Shown: positions 15,288 through 23,802, counted from the first letter of the stretch. The stretch: DNA of 34,528 bases from Pseudomonadales bacterium (GCA_016765265.1 JAESQG010000566.1:1-34528); one strand, 5' to 3'. Numbers and translations are program-made. Notes: generated by a model from the letters alone, not told the origin.

Positions 15288-16655
15288 ATGTCGGAGAAAC
15301 CAAACATAATTTTAATCAATTGCGATGACCTAGGTTATGGTGACCTAGCCTGTTATGGATCAAAAGTTAATAAGACTCCAGCACTTGATAAGCTGGCAGC
15401 CGAAGGAATTAAATTCACTGATTTTTATATGACATCACCTGTCTGCTCACCTTCTAGAGGTTCCATGCTAACAGGCTGCTATCCTCCAAGAATAGGTTTT
15501 GGATCTTTTGTGAATGGCGGCTGGGTATTATTTCCAGGTGACGCATTAGGATTACATGAAGATGAAATTACGATTGCAAAATTATTAAAACAAGCAGACT
15601 ATCAAACTAAGATAGTTGGCAAATGGCACTGCGGAGACCAAAAAGAATTTCTACCAATACGACATGGGTTTGATAGTTATTATGGCATACCCTATAGTAA
15701 TGACATGGGACGCCAAAATGCCGATGATAAACAACCACCCCTACCTCTTTTAAAAGATGAAGAAGTCATCCAAGAACAACCAGATCAAAGAGGAATAACC
15801 GAGCGATACACCGAGGAATGCGTTTCTTTTATTCGAGATAATAAAGACAAACCATTCTTTTTATACCTAGCCCATATGTATGTTCATTTACCCATTTATG
15901 TACCAAAACAATTTCTCGATAAAGCTGAAAATGGACCTTATGGTGCTGCCGTTGAACACATTGATTGGGTTACTGCTGTTCTAATGGATGAACTTAAAAG
16001 GCAAGGCATAGACGATAATACATTAATCGTCTTTACCAGCGACAATGGATCTCGCGCTCAAGGGGAAGGTGGCAGCAATGCTCCACTAAGAGGACGTAAA
16101 ACCCAAACCTGGGAAGGTGGCCAAAGATTACCATGCATTATGCGTTGGCCAAGAAAAATAAAATCAGGTCTCGTCAATAAAGAAATCACCTCATCTATGG
16201 ATTTCTATAAAACATTCGCTGCCCTGGCAGGTGTAGAAATACCAACAGATAGAATTATTGATGGTAAAGATATTCGACCAATGCTTTTTAATGAGCCAGA
16301 TGCCAAAAGTCAATACGATGCTTTTTTTTATTATAAATGCAATGATTTAGAAGCCGTTCGCTCTGGAAAATGGAAGCTACATGTGTCAAGAGACAAAGTA
16401 AAGGTTGAAGAATTATACAATTTAGAGTCTGACATAGGCGAACAAACAAACCTCTTTAATCAAGAACCTGAAATAGTCAAAGACTTAATGATAAAAATTA
16501 AAGCATGTCAAAAAGATATCGGTGATGAAGCCGCTGGTATAAAAGGGGAGAATATACGCCCTATCGGAAAAGTTGACAGCCCTGATACGCTAACTCACTA
16601 CGATCCCGAGCATCCATACATTATTGCATTATACGATTTAAAAGAACGTGGTTAG
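15288..16655 (+). CDS. sulfatase (formylglycine type); no signal peptide
   Basis: PNIILINCDDLGYGD, the CSPSRGSMLTG motif, TSDNG and GGQRLP are present. A GAGGA Shine-Dalgarno sequence precedes the ATG. Confidence 0.9.
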   Translation: MSEKPNIILINCDDLGYGDLACYGSKVNKTPALDKLAAEGIKFTDFYMTSPVCSPSRGSMLTGCYPPRIGFGSFVNGGWVLFPGDALGLHEDEITIAKLLKQADYQTKIVGKWHCGDQKEFLPIRHGFDSYYGIPYSNDMGRQNADDKQPPLPLLKDEEVIQEQPDQRGITERYTEECVSFIRDNKDKPFFLYLAHMYVHLPIYVPKQFLDKAENGPYGAAVEHIDWVTAVLMDELKRQGIDDNTLIVFTSDNGSRAQGEGGSNAPLRGRKTQTWEGGQRLPCIMRWPRKIKSGLVNKEITSSMDFYKTFAALAGVEIPTDRIIDGKDIRPMLFNEPDAKSQYDAFFYYKCNDLEAVRSGKWKLHVSRDKVKVEELYNLESDIGEQTNLFNQEPEIVKDLMIKIKACQKDIGDEAAGIKGENIRPIGKVDSPDTLTHYDPEHPYIIALYDLKERG

Positions 16656-16720
16656 GACAATTCACTTAATTAAATATATTCGCTTCATATGTCAAGCCTA
16701 TGTGCATATGTTAATTCCAC

Positions 16721-17896
16721 CTAAGCAAGAACAAGTTCATGTTCAACACCAAAGTAACACATTTCATCTACACTCATTGGTCTACTTGATTCACGAATAA
16801 AATCACCAATATAGGCTTCCTGCATTTCTAAAACAAAATAGTTGTACAATGTTTTTCTCCCAACTCTTGCTGTTGTATTTCTACCAGCAATTATTTTTTC
16901 TTCAGCTTTACCAAGATCTAGTTTTAATAAGACGGCAGGAGCTCCTTGAACCCTTCCACAAGGCTTAGAGTCACCAATTACTTCAAAACATAAAAGTCTT
17001 TTGTAATAGCCAACATGTCGAGGGTTAACCTCAATCAACATATGATCAGATGCAAGGTTTTTATATGCATGTATATAAACAAAGTTCATAAGATTTTTAA
17101 TTAGGTTTCGAGAGTTCCTATAGCTTTCATCAACAACCAATCGAGTTATCTCCACCATTTTTTTATTTTGATTATTCAACTCACTTAATTCGTCTTTAAA
17201 TATTTTCTGACAAGGAATATCGCCATGAACATTTGACACTACTGAAATAGAAGCCACAGAATTTCCATTTTCGTCTTCTGCTAAAAAAGTAATTGTATCC
17301 GGCCTTGCATCGTCACTATTAACAAATAATTTATTTCGATCTTGAGATGAATAGCCACACTGACCATATACTTTTTGAGATAATTGATAAACTTTCTCTC
17401 TATCAACTCGATTAGAAGCCACACTAATTCTAAAGTTGATCTTTTCAGATATCTCCCATTTTGGAGAACCAATTTCTACTTCTTCTTTTAATACCCATAG
17501 TGCTTGAGAAGTTGCTGAACGTTTTTTCTCTTTGATTTGATGCTTTTTCTCAATCTCATCTCGCACTTCAATTTTTTCACTCTTCAATACCTGTTTTAAT
17601 TTTCCGCCTGAGAGAAAAATATCCTCTCTATCCTTTGCACCCAATTGAATTAAAAAATCATGAACAATACATTTATCAGATATAGAAGTTAACACTAATG
17701 AAAGACTAACGACTAAAGCTCCCAAATTCCAATAAGGGTTGTACATACTCATGAGTAGAAAAATAGAAATTAAAAACCCACTGATTAGTCTTCCATATCT
17801 ATCCACACTCCAGTGACTAAAACTTTTAGACAAAGCTGCTTTAAAACCATTTAAATGATTGTTCAGTTTTGGGGTCTGAATCGCTGAAATACTCAT
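16721..17896 (-). CDS. membrane-anchored FeeM-type N-acyl amino acid synthase (NAS paralog B): DUF2892/YgaP-like two-helix N-terminus plus NAS domain
   Basis: The N-terminus has VDRYGRLISGFL (the DRxxRxxxG signature), two hydrophobic helices, and SDKCIVHDFLIQLG. The C-terminal part carries NAS motifs INFRISVASNRVDREKVYQLSQKVY, VEITRLVVDESYR and EVNPRHVGYYKRLLCFEVIG. A GGGAGA Shine-Dalgarno sequence precedes the ATG. Confidence 0.7.
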   Translation of the reverse strand: MSISAIQTPKLNNHLNGFKAALSKSFSHWSVDRYGRLISGFLISIFLLMSMYNPYWNLGALVVSLSLVLTSISDKCIVHDFLIQLGAKDREDIFLSGGKLKQVLKSEKIEVRDEIEKKHQIKEKKRSATSQALWVLKEEVEIGSPKWEISEKINFRISVASNRVDREKVYQLSQKVYGQCGYSSQDRNKLFVNSDDARPDTITFLAEDENGNSVASISVVSNVHGDIPCQKIFKDELSELNNQNKKMVEITRLVVDESYRNSRNLIKNLMNFVYIHAYKNLASDHMLIEVNPRHVGYYKRLLCFEVIGDSKPCGRVQGAPAVLLKLDLGKAEEKIIAGRNTTARVGRKTLYNYFVLEMQEAYIGDFIRESSRPMSVDEMCYFGVEHELVLA

Positions 17897-17935
17897 TGTC
17901 TTTCTCCCATTAAATATCTGAATTAAATCTTCTAA

Positions 17936-17951
17936 TGCAAATCACAAGCCA
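17936..17951 (-). promoter_or_regulatory. sigma-54 (-24/-12) promoter candidate for NAS B
   Basis: The minus strand reads TGGCTT-GTGAT-TTGCA, close to the consensus TGGCAC-N5-TTGCW. GG is at 17950/17949 and GC at 17938/17937, 10 nt apart. The element is about 40 nt upstream of ATG 17896. Confidence 0.7.
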
Positions 17952-18030
17952 AATTTCAATAAATCGTAAGTTCCTAATTTTAAAAGAGTTATGATAAATG
18001 CTCAACATTTAGCACTGGAAATAATTGACT

Positions 18031-18066
18031 TATATAGATCAATTAAAACTTAAATTGATCTATATA
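18031..18066. promoter_or_regulatory. perfect 14-bp inverted repeat; candidate enhancer (UAS) for bEBP 2
   Basis: TATATAGATCAATT (18031-18044), an 8-nt spacer, then AATTGATCTATATA (18053-18066). Its centre is about 100 nt upstream of the -24 element of the NAS B promoter and about 75 nt upstream of the bEBP 2 ATG. Confidence 0.45.
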
Positions 18067-18124
18067 GATTATTACAATTCCTAATATACAATAAGTAATA
18101 AAAATTAAACCAAGGAAAGTAGCG

Positions 18125-20422
18125 ATGAGTTTTATTGATGCATGGTTAAATGAGGATCAAACAGCCATGGACAATCTCCTAAAAAAGAGTTCCAAAAATA
18201 AAAAACTCCACCAAGCTTACGAGGCAATAATAAATTCCAACAATTCAGATTCATTGAAATTCAAATCGTTAATCAATGTTATTGAAGACCCACCTGATGA
18301 CCTTGAAATTTATTCTCTTCTACTTTACTTAGCAGCAGACGTGGCCTATGCCACCAACAATTTTTCCGAATTAAATAGAATAATTCAAATCTATCAAAAT
18401 CTAGATCTTTCAAAAATAAAAAGCATATGTAAAAGTCTATTTTACTTATCATTAGCACGCCTAGAATTATCTAAAAATATGTCTGACCAACAACTTGAAT
18501 CAGAAATAAAAGCAGAAAGTCTATATCCAAAAGGGTCAATACGGTGGTATAAAATGAAGGCGAAAGTGACCTTAGGATGCATACTCCACAAAAAGGAATA
18601 CGATATTTCAAAGGCAATTAAAATATTAAAAGGATACCCTCAATTCTCTGAATCAACCTTTCCACCTGAATACCTTCAAGCAAGATATTATGAATCAATT
18701 GGAAAGTTATCATTGGCCTATCAGGAAATTAACAAGATTAAAAACATAGCCATATTTGGAAAGTTTGGAGAAAATATATTCTCACAAAAAGTAAAACTTT
18801 TGTGGAGAGCTGGAAAAATTGAAGAAGGTGATATAGAGCTAGAAAAATATTTGAACATGTACCCAGAATTAATCGGCAATAGATCCGGCAAGTTTTTATT
18901 AGCAGAAAGAAGCATGCTATTAAATGATTCAAATGGTACAAAACAGCATTTAAAGGAAATCTTAGCTGACAAAAAGGTTTTATCGCTTAGTAGATTTTGG
19001 GCGAATTATTTATTGCTTTGCGCAGAGTTAGCTCAACGACAAACAGTATCCGCTCGCAGAATATTAAATACAATGGATCCAGAAGGAACCAATAAGGGAC
19101 TTTTTACAGAGTGGGTAAGATTATATACTCAGGAAGACAATTACAGAAAAGCAGCCTATTATTTCAAGAAGATGCAAGAAGATCGTCCAAATTATCTTTT
19201 AGAGTTTCATTATGCTCACGAAATGAGAGCTTCACAGATCACAAAATTAATATTGACGATCAATGATGAAGAGTTCAATGAAGTAAAGAGTGTTATAGAA
19301 AAACCACACTATAAAATCGATGACACTAAAGACTCTTTTGAAAATTTCATAGGAACCTCAGAAAGTATTAACACCGTAAAAGAAAACATACAGAAATATG
19401 CCAATCAATCAGCACCCGTTTTAATTACAGGCGCAACTGGTACAGGAAAAGAAGAAACAGCCAAACTACTTCATAAACTTTCTGATAGGTCAAAAGAACC
19501 TTTTATTCCTGTCAACTGTGGAGCCATATCCAACACCTTAATGGAAGCAGAATTATTTGGCTATAAAAAAGGAGCATTTACAGGTGCCATGAAAGATCAT
19601 AAAGGTCTCTTTGAATCTGCAGGCAAAGGCACCATTTTTCTTGATGAGATCAGCTCTATGCCCATGCCCTTACAAGCTTCTCTTTTACGAGTATTAGAAA
19701 ATATGATCGTCAGACCAGTAGGAAGTACAAAATTTATTCCTATTGAGGCAAGAGTTATTGCGGCGACAAATATTAGCCTGGAAATATTATTAGAACAAAA
19801 AACATTTCGCATGGATCTTTACTTTCGCCTTAATAGATTACAAATCAATCTACCTTCTCTTCAAGATAGAAGAGATGACATTCCTCTTTTAATTCAACAC
19901 TTTTTGGGCCATCATTTTAATCTTTCAGACACAACCATAGATAAAAATTTATTGGATGCAATGCAAGAGCATTCTTGGCCTGGTAATATCAGAGAATTAA
20001 AAAATGAAATCGAAAGAATGGCCATTATTACCGGCAATAATAAATTGATTACAAATGAGCTTGTAAATTTTAAGAGTTCCGAAATAAAAGAGAATATTGC
20101 ACCAATTGATATAAAACAAAAATCCTTCGTTTCAGATGAGAATAAAATCACTCCAATGACACAAGAAAATATTTATTCGCCACCTAATATCTCTTTAGAA
20201 AAAGGTGTGAAAAATTATAGCGAATATAGAAGGCAAGAATTACGACAATTATTCCAACAACACCGCTTATTAACACGAGCTATGGTTGTTCGGTTTTTAG
20301 GATGTGCTGCCAATACTGCTGCGAAAGACTTGAAGAGTTTAGAAACAGCAGGTTACTTAAAAAAGGTAATTCCTACCGATTCTCCAAGATCTTCCTATTA
20401 CATATTAAATGATAAAAATTAA
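18125..20422 (+). CDS. sigma-54-dependent transcriptional activator (bEBP 2), same architecture as bEBP 1
   Basis: Walker A GATGTGKE (about 19430-19453), GAFTGA (19571-19588), IFLDEISS, and EAELFGY are present. The C-terminus LTRAMVVRFLGCAANTAAKDLKSLETAGYLKKVIPTDSPRSSYY aligns with the bEBP 1 tail. The N-terminal domain is helical. Confidence 0.85.
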   Translation: MSFIDAWLNEDQTAMDNLLKKSSKNKKLHQAYEAIINSNNSDSLKFKSLINVIEDPPDDLEIYSLLLYLAADVAYATNNFSELNRIIQIYQNLDLSKIKSICKSLFYLSLARLELSKNMSDQQLESEIKAESLYPKGSIRWYKMKAKVTLGCILHKKEYDISKAIKILKGYPQFSESTFPPEYLQARYYESIGKLSLAYQEINKIKNIAIFGKFGENIFSQKVKLLWRAGKIEEGDIELEKYLNMYPELIGNRSGKFLLAERSMLLNDSNGTKQHLKEILADKKVLSLSRFWANYLLLCAELAQRQTVSARRILNTMDPEGTNKGLFTEWVRLYTQEDNYRKAAYYFKKMQEDRPNYLLEFHYAHEMRASQITKLILTINDEEFNEVKSVIEKPHYKIDDTKDSFENFIGTSESINTVKENIQKYANQSAPVLITGATGTGKEETAKLLHKLSDRSKEPFIPVNCGAISNTLMEAELFGYKKGAFTGAMKDHKGLFESAGKGTIFLDEISSMPMPLQASLLRVLENMIVRPVGSTKFIPIEARVIAATNISLEILLEQKTFRMDLYFRLNRLQINLPSLQDRRDDIPLLIQHFLGHHFNLSDTTIDKNLLDAMQEHSWPGNIRELKNEIERMAIITGNNKLITNELVNFKSSEIKENIAPIDIKQKSFVSDENKITPMTQENIYSPPNISLEKGVKNYSEYRRQELRQLFQQHRLLTRAMVVRFLGCAANTAAKDLKSLETAGYLKKVIPTDSPRSSYYILNDKN

Positions 20423-20430
20423 AGTGATGT

Positions 20431-21615
20431 TTATTCAGTAGTTATTTTGTAATGTTCAATTCTAGATCTAGAGGTTGTCGCAGAACCTTGCTTATCCATC
20501 TCATCATAGACAACATAAATATCATCATCGACCGTTTGGGTCATGACTCTAAAAGCTTTATTTGACTCATTGATTTGAATAGTTTTTAACGACTTCCAAT
20601 TGGCATCATATATTTCAATGTAACTAGGACCAAGCTCTAGGCCATCTGGCCCACCCATATCACCTTCAAAGTTTTCCTTAGAATAGCCGACCACCCAAAG
20701 TTGGTGCTTTACATTAAATGAGGGTCCCGTTGGGAAATAAATATCAAGATCTTGTTCTGCAATATCTTTTGAAGAACCAGTAATAAACTTCATTTCCATA
20801 TCTACTCCAAAAGTAAATATCCCAATTCGATTTACGTTCCCGTAATCTTTATTGGCAGAGAAACTTTGAAGACGATCCTCGGTAAAACCCATTTGTCCTT
20901 TAGGAACAAAGACAACGCCAGTACCACTGTTAAAAGTTCCACCATCTGGATAAAGAATACCACTCTTTCCTAAAACTAAATCAGTAGAAATTTGATAAAT
21001 TGAAGCACCCCAGTCTGTTTCAGGCACATCCCCTTTCTTATAATAAAATTGAGCATAGACACTGGTTCCATCATTGGTGAAGCCCATATCAAGTTGAGCT
21101 TCAACTTCTTTATCGCCGACTCCGATAAACAAGGGTTCCGCCAAAAGAGTAAAAGATTTATCGAATTTTAAAATACCTCCAACTTCCTGACCTCTTATAA
21201 TGGCAATCATGAAGATATTATCCCCTAATAAAGTAACTTTATGATCGCCCAAATCTCCTTGAAAATCAATTAAGGAACTAGTCGCGTTGACATCAATTGC
21301 GTATTTTTGAGGAGTAAGCTCAACCAAATCGCGATCAAAGGTTTTATAATAAAGAGATTTATTTTCACTGATTGTATCAGCAGGTGCGATTTGATAAGTA
21401 GCAATTAATGTTTGACCATCAACCATTATATTTGAAAAGAGACCACGACCTGAATCGTTCAAATCGATTGGCCCAGTTGTAAGCTTAAAGCTAAAACTTG
21501 TGGTAGCTTCTGTTGTTGATGTACTGCTACTATCGCTACTACTCCCACAACTAATTATTGTAAATGAAGAAAAACAAATAACTAACAACCAAATTGAAAA
21601 AGAAAGTATTTTCAT
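20431..21615 (-). CDS. lipoprotein of unknown function
   Basis: A signal peptide with a lipobox-like FTIISCGSS is followed by a Ser/Thr-rich linker. The remainder is beta-rich. I recognise no family. Confidence 0.55.
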   Translation of the reverse strand: MKILSFSIWLLVICFSSFTIISCGSSSDSSSTSTTEATTSFSFKLTTGPIDLNDSGRGLFSNIMVDGQTLIATYQIAPADTISENKSLYYKTFDRDLVELTPQKYAIDVNATSSLIDFQGDLGDHKVTLLGDNIFMIAIIRGQEVGGILKFDKSFTLLAEPLFIGVGDKEVEAQLDMGFTNDGTSVYAQFYYKKGDVPETDWGASIYQISTDLVLGKSGILYPDGGTFNSGTGVVFVPKGQMGFTEDRLQSFSANKDYGNVNRIGIFTFGVDMEMKFITGSSKDIAEQDLDIYFPTGPSFNVKHQLWVVGYSKENFEGDMGGPDGLELGPSYIEIYDANWKSLKTIQINESNKAFRVMTQTVDDDIYVVYDEMDKQGSATTSRSRIEHYKITTE

Positions 21616-21670
21616 AATAGTAAGAATCCAAACTAAATAATAATTTTGATTCTAAAATGAAACAAAAATA

Positions 21671-21695
21671 AAGCTAGAACTATGCCTAGCTTTTT
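21671..21695. terminator. stem-loop terminator-like element (second of a tandem pair downstream of tRNA-Asn)
   Basis: AAGCTAG (21671-21677), an 8-nt loop, then CTAGCTT (21686-21692), flanked by an A-rich run on one side and a T-run on the other. Confidence 0.4.
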
Positions 21696-21714
21696 AAGCT
21701 ACCACTACTGGATT
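21690..21714 (-). repeat. partial duplicate of the tRNA-Asn 3' end plus its flank
   Basis: CTTTTTAAGCTACCACTACTGGATT aligned with CTTTTTAAGCTCCCCCGACTGGATT (21777-21801) matches at 22 of 25 positions. The two copies are offset by 87 nt. Confidence 0.5.
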
Positions 21715-21750
21715 TCCGCCTTCGGCGGATAGGTGAACCTTTTTCGCCAC

Positions 21751-21782
21751 AAAAAAAAAGCCGGCGCAATGGCCGGCTTTTT
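21751..21782. terminator. bidirectional rho-independent terminator downstream of tRNA-Asn
   Basis: An A-run (9 nt) is followed by GCCGGC (21760-21765), loop GCAATG, GCCGGC (21772-21777) and TTTTT. Confidence 0.6.
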
Positions 21783-21785
21783 AAG

Positions 21786-21857
21786 CTCCCCCGACTGGAT
21801 TCGAACCAGTGACCAAGTGATTAACAGTCACCTACTCTACCGCTGAGCTACAGGGGA
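21786..21857 (-). tRNA. tRNA-Asn (anticodon GTT)
   Basis: The reverse complement folds as a cloverleaf: acceptor UCCCCUG/CGGGGGA, D stem GCUC/GAGU, anticodon stem GGUGA/UCACU with loop CUGUUAA, T arm ACUGG-UUCGAAU-CCAGU, discriminator G. It closely resembles E. coli tRNA-Asn. CCA is not encoded. Confidence 0.9.
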
Positions 21858-22222
21858 ATATGAGACATTTTAGAGAATAAAATGACTCAAAATAGTGGCC
21901 GAAATTTTACTTTAATTCGTGTATTGTAAACATTTTTCTCTTTAAAATCTGAAAATACATCCTTTTTAAAATGCCGGCAAATAATGGAATTAAATATAGT
22001 TAAATTATCCAATGAAAAAGCTGTTTAGCTTTTAAAGGGCTTTTCAGCACCTTTTAAGCTAGTAAATTATTTTTAATGGATTCTCAAAAACAATCAATTA
22101 TTGAGCAACAAACCCTCTCTTGAGGAGCTTTTTCATCATATTTTTAGTTCAATTTGACAAAAAATGGATAAACTATCGCGCCTTTTAAAGACTACACTAA
22201 GAAATATAAAACCAAGTAGAGA

Positions 22223-23461
22223 ATGAATCAACTTCCAAGAATTGTTATAACTGGCATTGGCTTAACGGCACCAAACGGCAATCAACTAGACGAATATAGA
22301 AATAATATCCTCGCAGGGAAATCAGGGGTTACCACAATTGATACTCATTACATGGGTGAATTAATTGCTGGGTGTTGCGATTTCGACACATTCCAATACC
22401 AAAAGAAAAAAGAAGTAAGAAGAGGTACTCGTGCTGGGTCCATTTCCATTTTCTGTGCAAATGAAGCGATTAAAAATGCTACCATTCAATTCGAAAATAT
22501 TGATAAAAGTAGAGTCGGTGTTTATATAGGAATTACCGAACATGGAAATGTAGAAACAGAAAACGAAATTTATAATATATCCCAATTTGGTTATGACACT
22601 AAATTTTGGTCACATCATCACAACCCTAGAACTGTTGCTAATAGCCCTGCTGGAGAAGTCACTTTAAATTTAGGGATTACAGGGCCACATTATTGTCTCG
22701 GTGCTGCATGTGCCGCAGGAAATATTGGACTAATTCAAGGGGCTCAAATGTTACAATTGGGCGAAGTCGATTTAGCATTAGCCGGAGGTGTATCAGAAAG
22801 TGTGCATACCTTTGGAATTTTTGCTGCCTTTAAAAGTCAAGGTGCCCTTGCTGAAAATGATGATCCTGAAAAAGCTAGTCGACCTTTCGATGTTGACCGA
22901 AATGGAATTGTTGTTTCAGAAGGCGGCTGCATCTATACTCTAGAAAGATTGGATGATGCGCTAAAAAGAAATGCACATATTTACGGCGAAATAGTTGGTC
23001 ATGCAATCAACAGTGATGCCACAGATTTTGTTTTGCCAAATCCCAAAAGACAAGGCGAATGCGTACAGTTAGCTCTGAATAAAGCCGGTTTAACTCCGAA
23101 TGATATTAATATAGTAAATACTCATGCCACATCAACTCCTCAAGGAGATATTCAAGAATGTGAAATGATTCGTAAGATATTTGGAAATAGTCCAAACACA
23201 TTCATCAATAATACAAAAAGTTTCATTGGCCATTGCATGGGCGCAGCTGGAACATTAGAATTAGCCGGAAATTTGCCCTCATTTGAGGATAATTTAGTTC
23301 ATCAGACAATCAATGTTGATAATTTAGATCCAGCATGTAATATTCAGAACTTAGTTATAAATGAACCCAGAAAAGTTGATAGCGTCAATTATATTCTAAA
23401 TAATTCATTTGGAATGGTCGGTATTAATTCTGTGTTAATTATTAAAAATTATAAAGAATAA
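22223..23461 (+). CDS. beta-ketoacyl-ACP synthase, KAS I/II (FabF/FabB-like, Cys-His-His type)
   Basis: RIVITGIGLTAPNG N-terminus, active-site Cys in LGAACAAGNIG, and His motifs NTHATSTPQGD and GHCMGAAG. Confidence 0.85.
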   Translation: MNQLPRIVITGIGLTAPNGNQLDEYRNNILAGKSGVTTIDTHYMGELIAGCCDFDTFQYQKKKEVRRGTRAGSISIFCANEAIKNATIQFENIDKSRVGVYIGITEHGNVETENEIYNISQFGYDTKFWSHHHNPRTVANSPAGEVTLNLGITGPHYCLGAACAAGNIGLIQGAQMLQLGEVDLALAGGVSESVHTFGIFAAFKSQGALAENDDPEKASRPFDVDRNGIVVSEGGCIYTLERLDDALKRNAHIYGEIVGHAINSDATDFVLPNPKRQGECVQLALNKAGLTPNDINIVNTHATSTPQGDIQECEMIRKIFGNSPNTFINNTKSFIGHCMGAAGTLELAGNLPSFEDNLVHQTINVDNLDPACNIQNLVINEPRKVDSVNYILNNSFGMVGINSVLIIKNYKE

Positions 23462-23494
23462 GAGTAATTTAATTCCAAGAAAGGTTTAAGTCAA

Positions 23495-23746
23495 ATGACA
23501 GAAGAAGAGGTTCGGTCAGCAGTTGTTAAAATCATTGAAGATGTTGCCCCAGATGAAGATTTATCAGAAATTGACGATAATAAAGCCTTACGTGATCAAA
23601 TCGAATTGGACTCAATGGATTTTCTAGACATTGTTATGGAACTAAGAAAACGTTACAGCGTTGAAGTCCCGGAAGCAGAATACCCCGAATTAAATTCTCT
23701 CGCAAGTTGTGTTACATATTTAACACCAAAATTAAAAGACAAATAA
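23495..23746 (+). CDS. acyl carrier protein
   Basis: It is 83 aa and acidic, with the phosphopantetheine-attachment motif IELDSMDFLDIV. Confidence 0.85.
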   Translation: MTEEEVRSAVVKIIEDVAPDEDLSEIDDNKALRDQIELDSMDFLDIVMELRKRYSVEVPEAEYPELNSLASCVTYLTPKLKDK

Positions 23747-23802
23747 TTACTAGCAGCCGGCAAGCATTTAACTTACCGGCAACCTTAACTAAATAAATTA
23801 GC

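Noticed and set aside
21894-21910. TGGCCG-AAATT-TTACT upstream of the KAS gene as a possible sigma-54 promoter
   Set aside because: The -12 element reads AC rather than GC, and it lies more than 300 nt from the start codon. It is probably a chance match.
21977-22005. GCAAATAATGG...ATAGTTAAA upstream of the KAS gene, resembling both ends of the ECF promoter motif
   Set aside because: The central GTCAGGAT block and the conserved 13-nt spacing are missing; the two ends are only 8 nt apart. It cannot function as the same bipartite promoter. It may be a decayed copy or a coincidence in AT-rich DNA.
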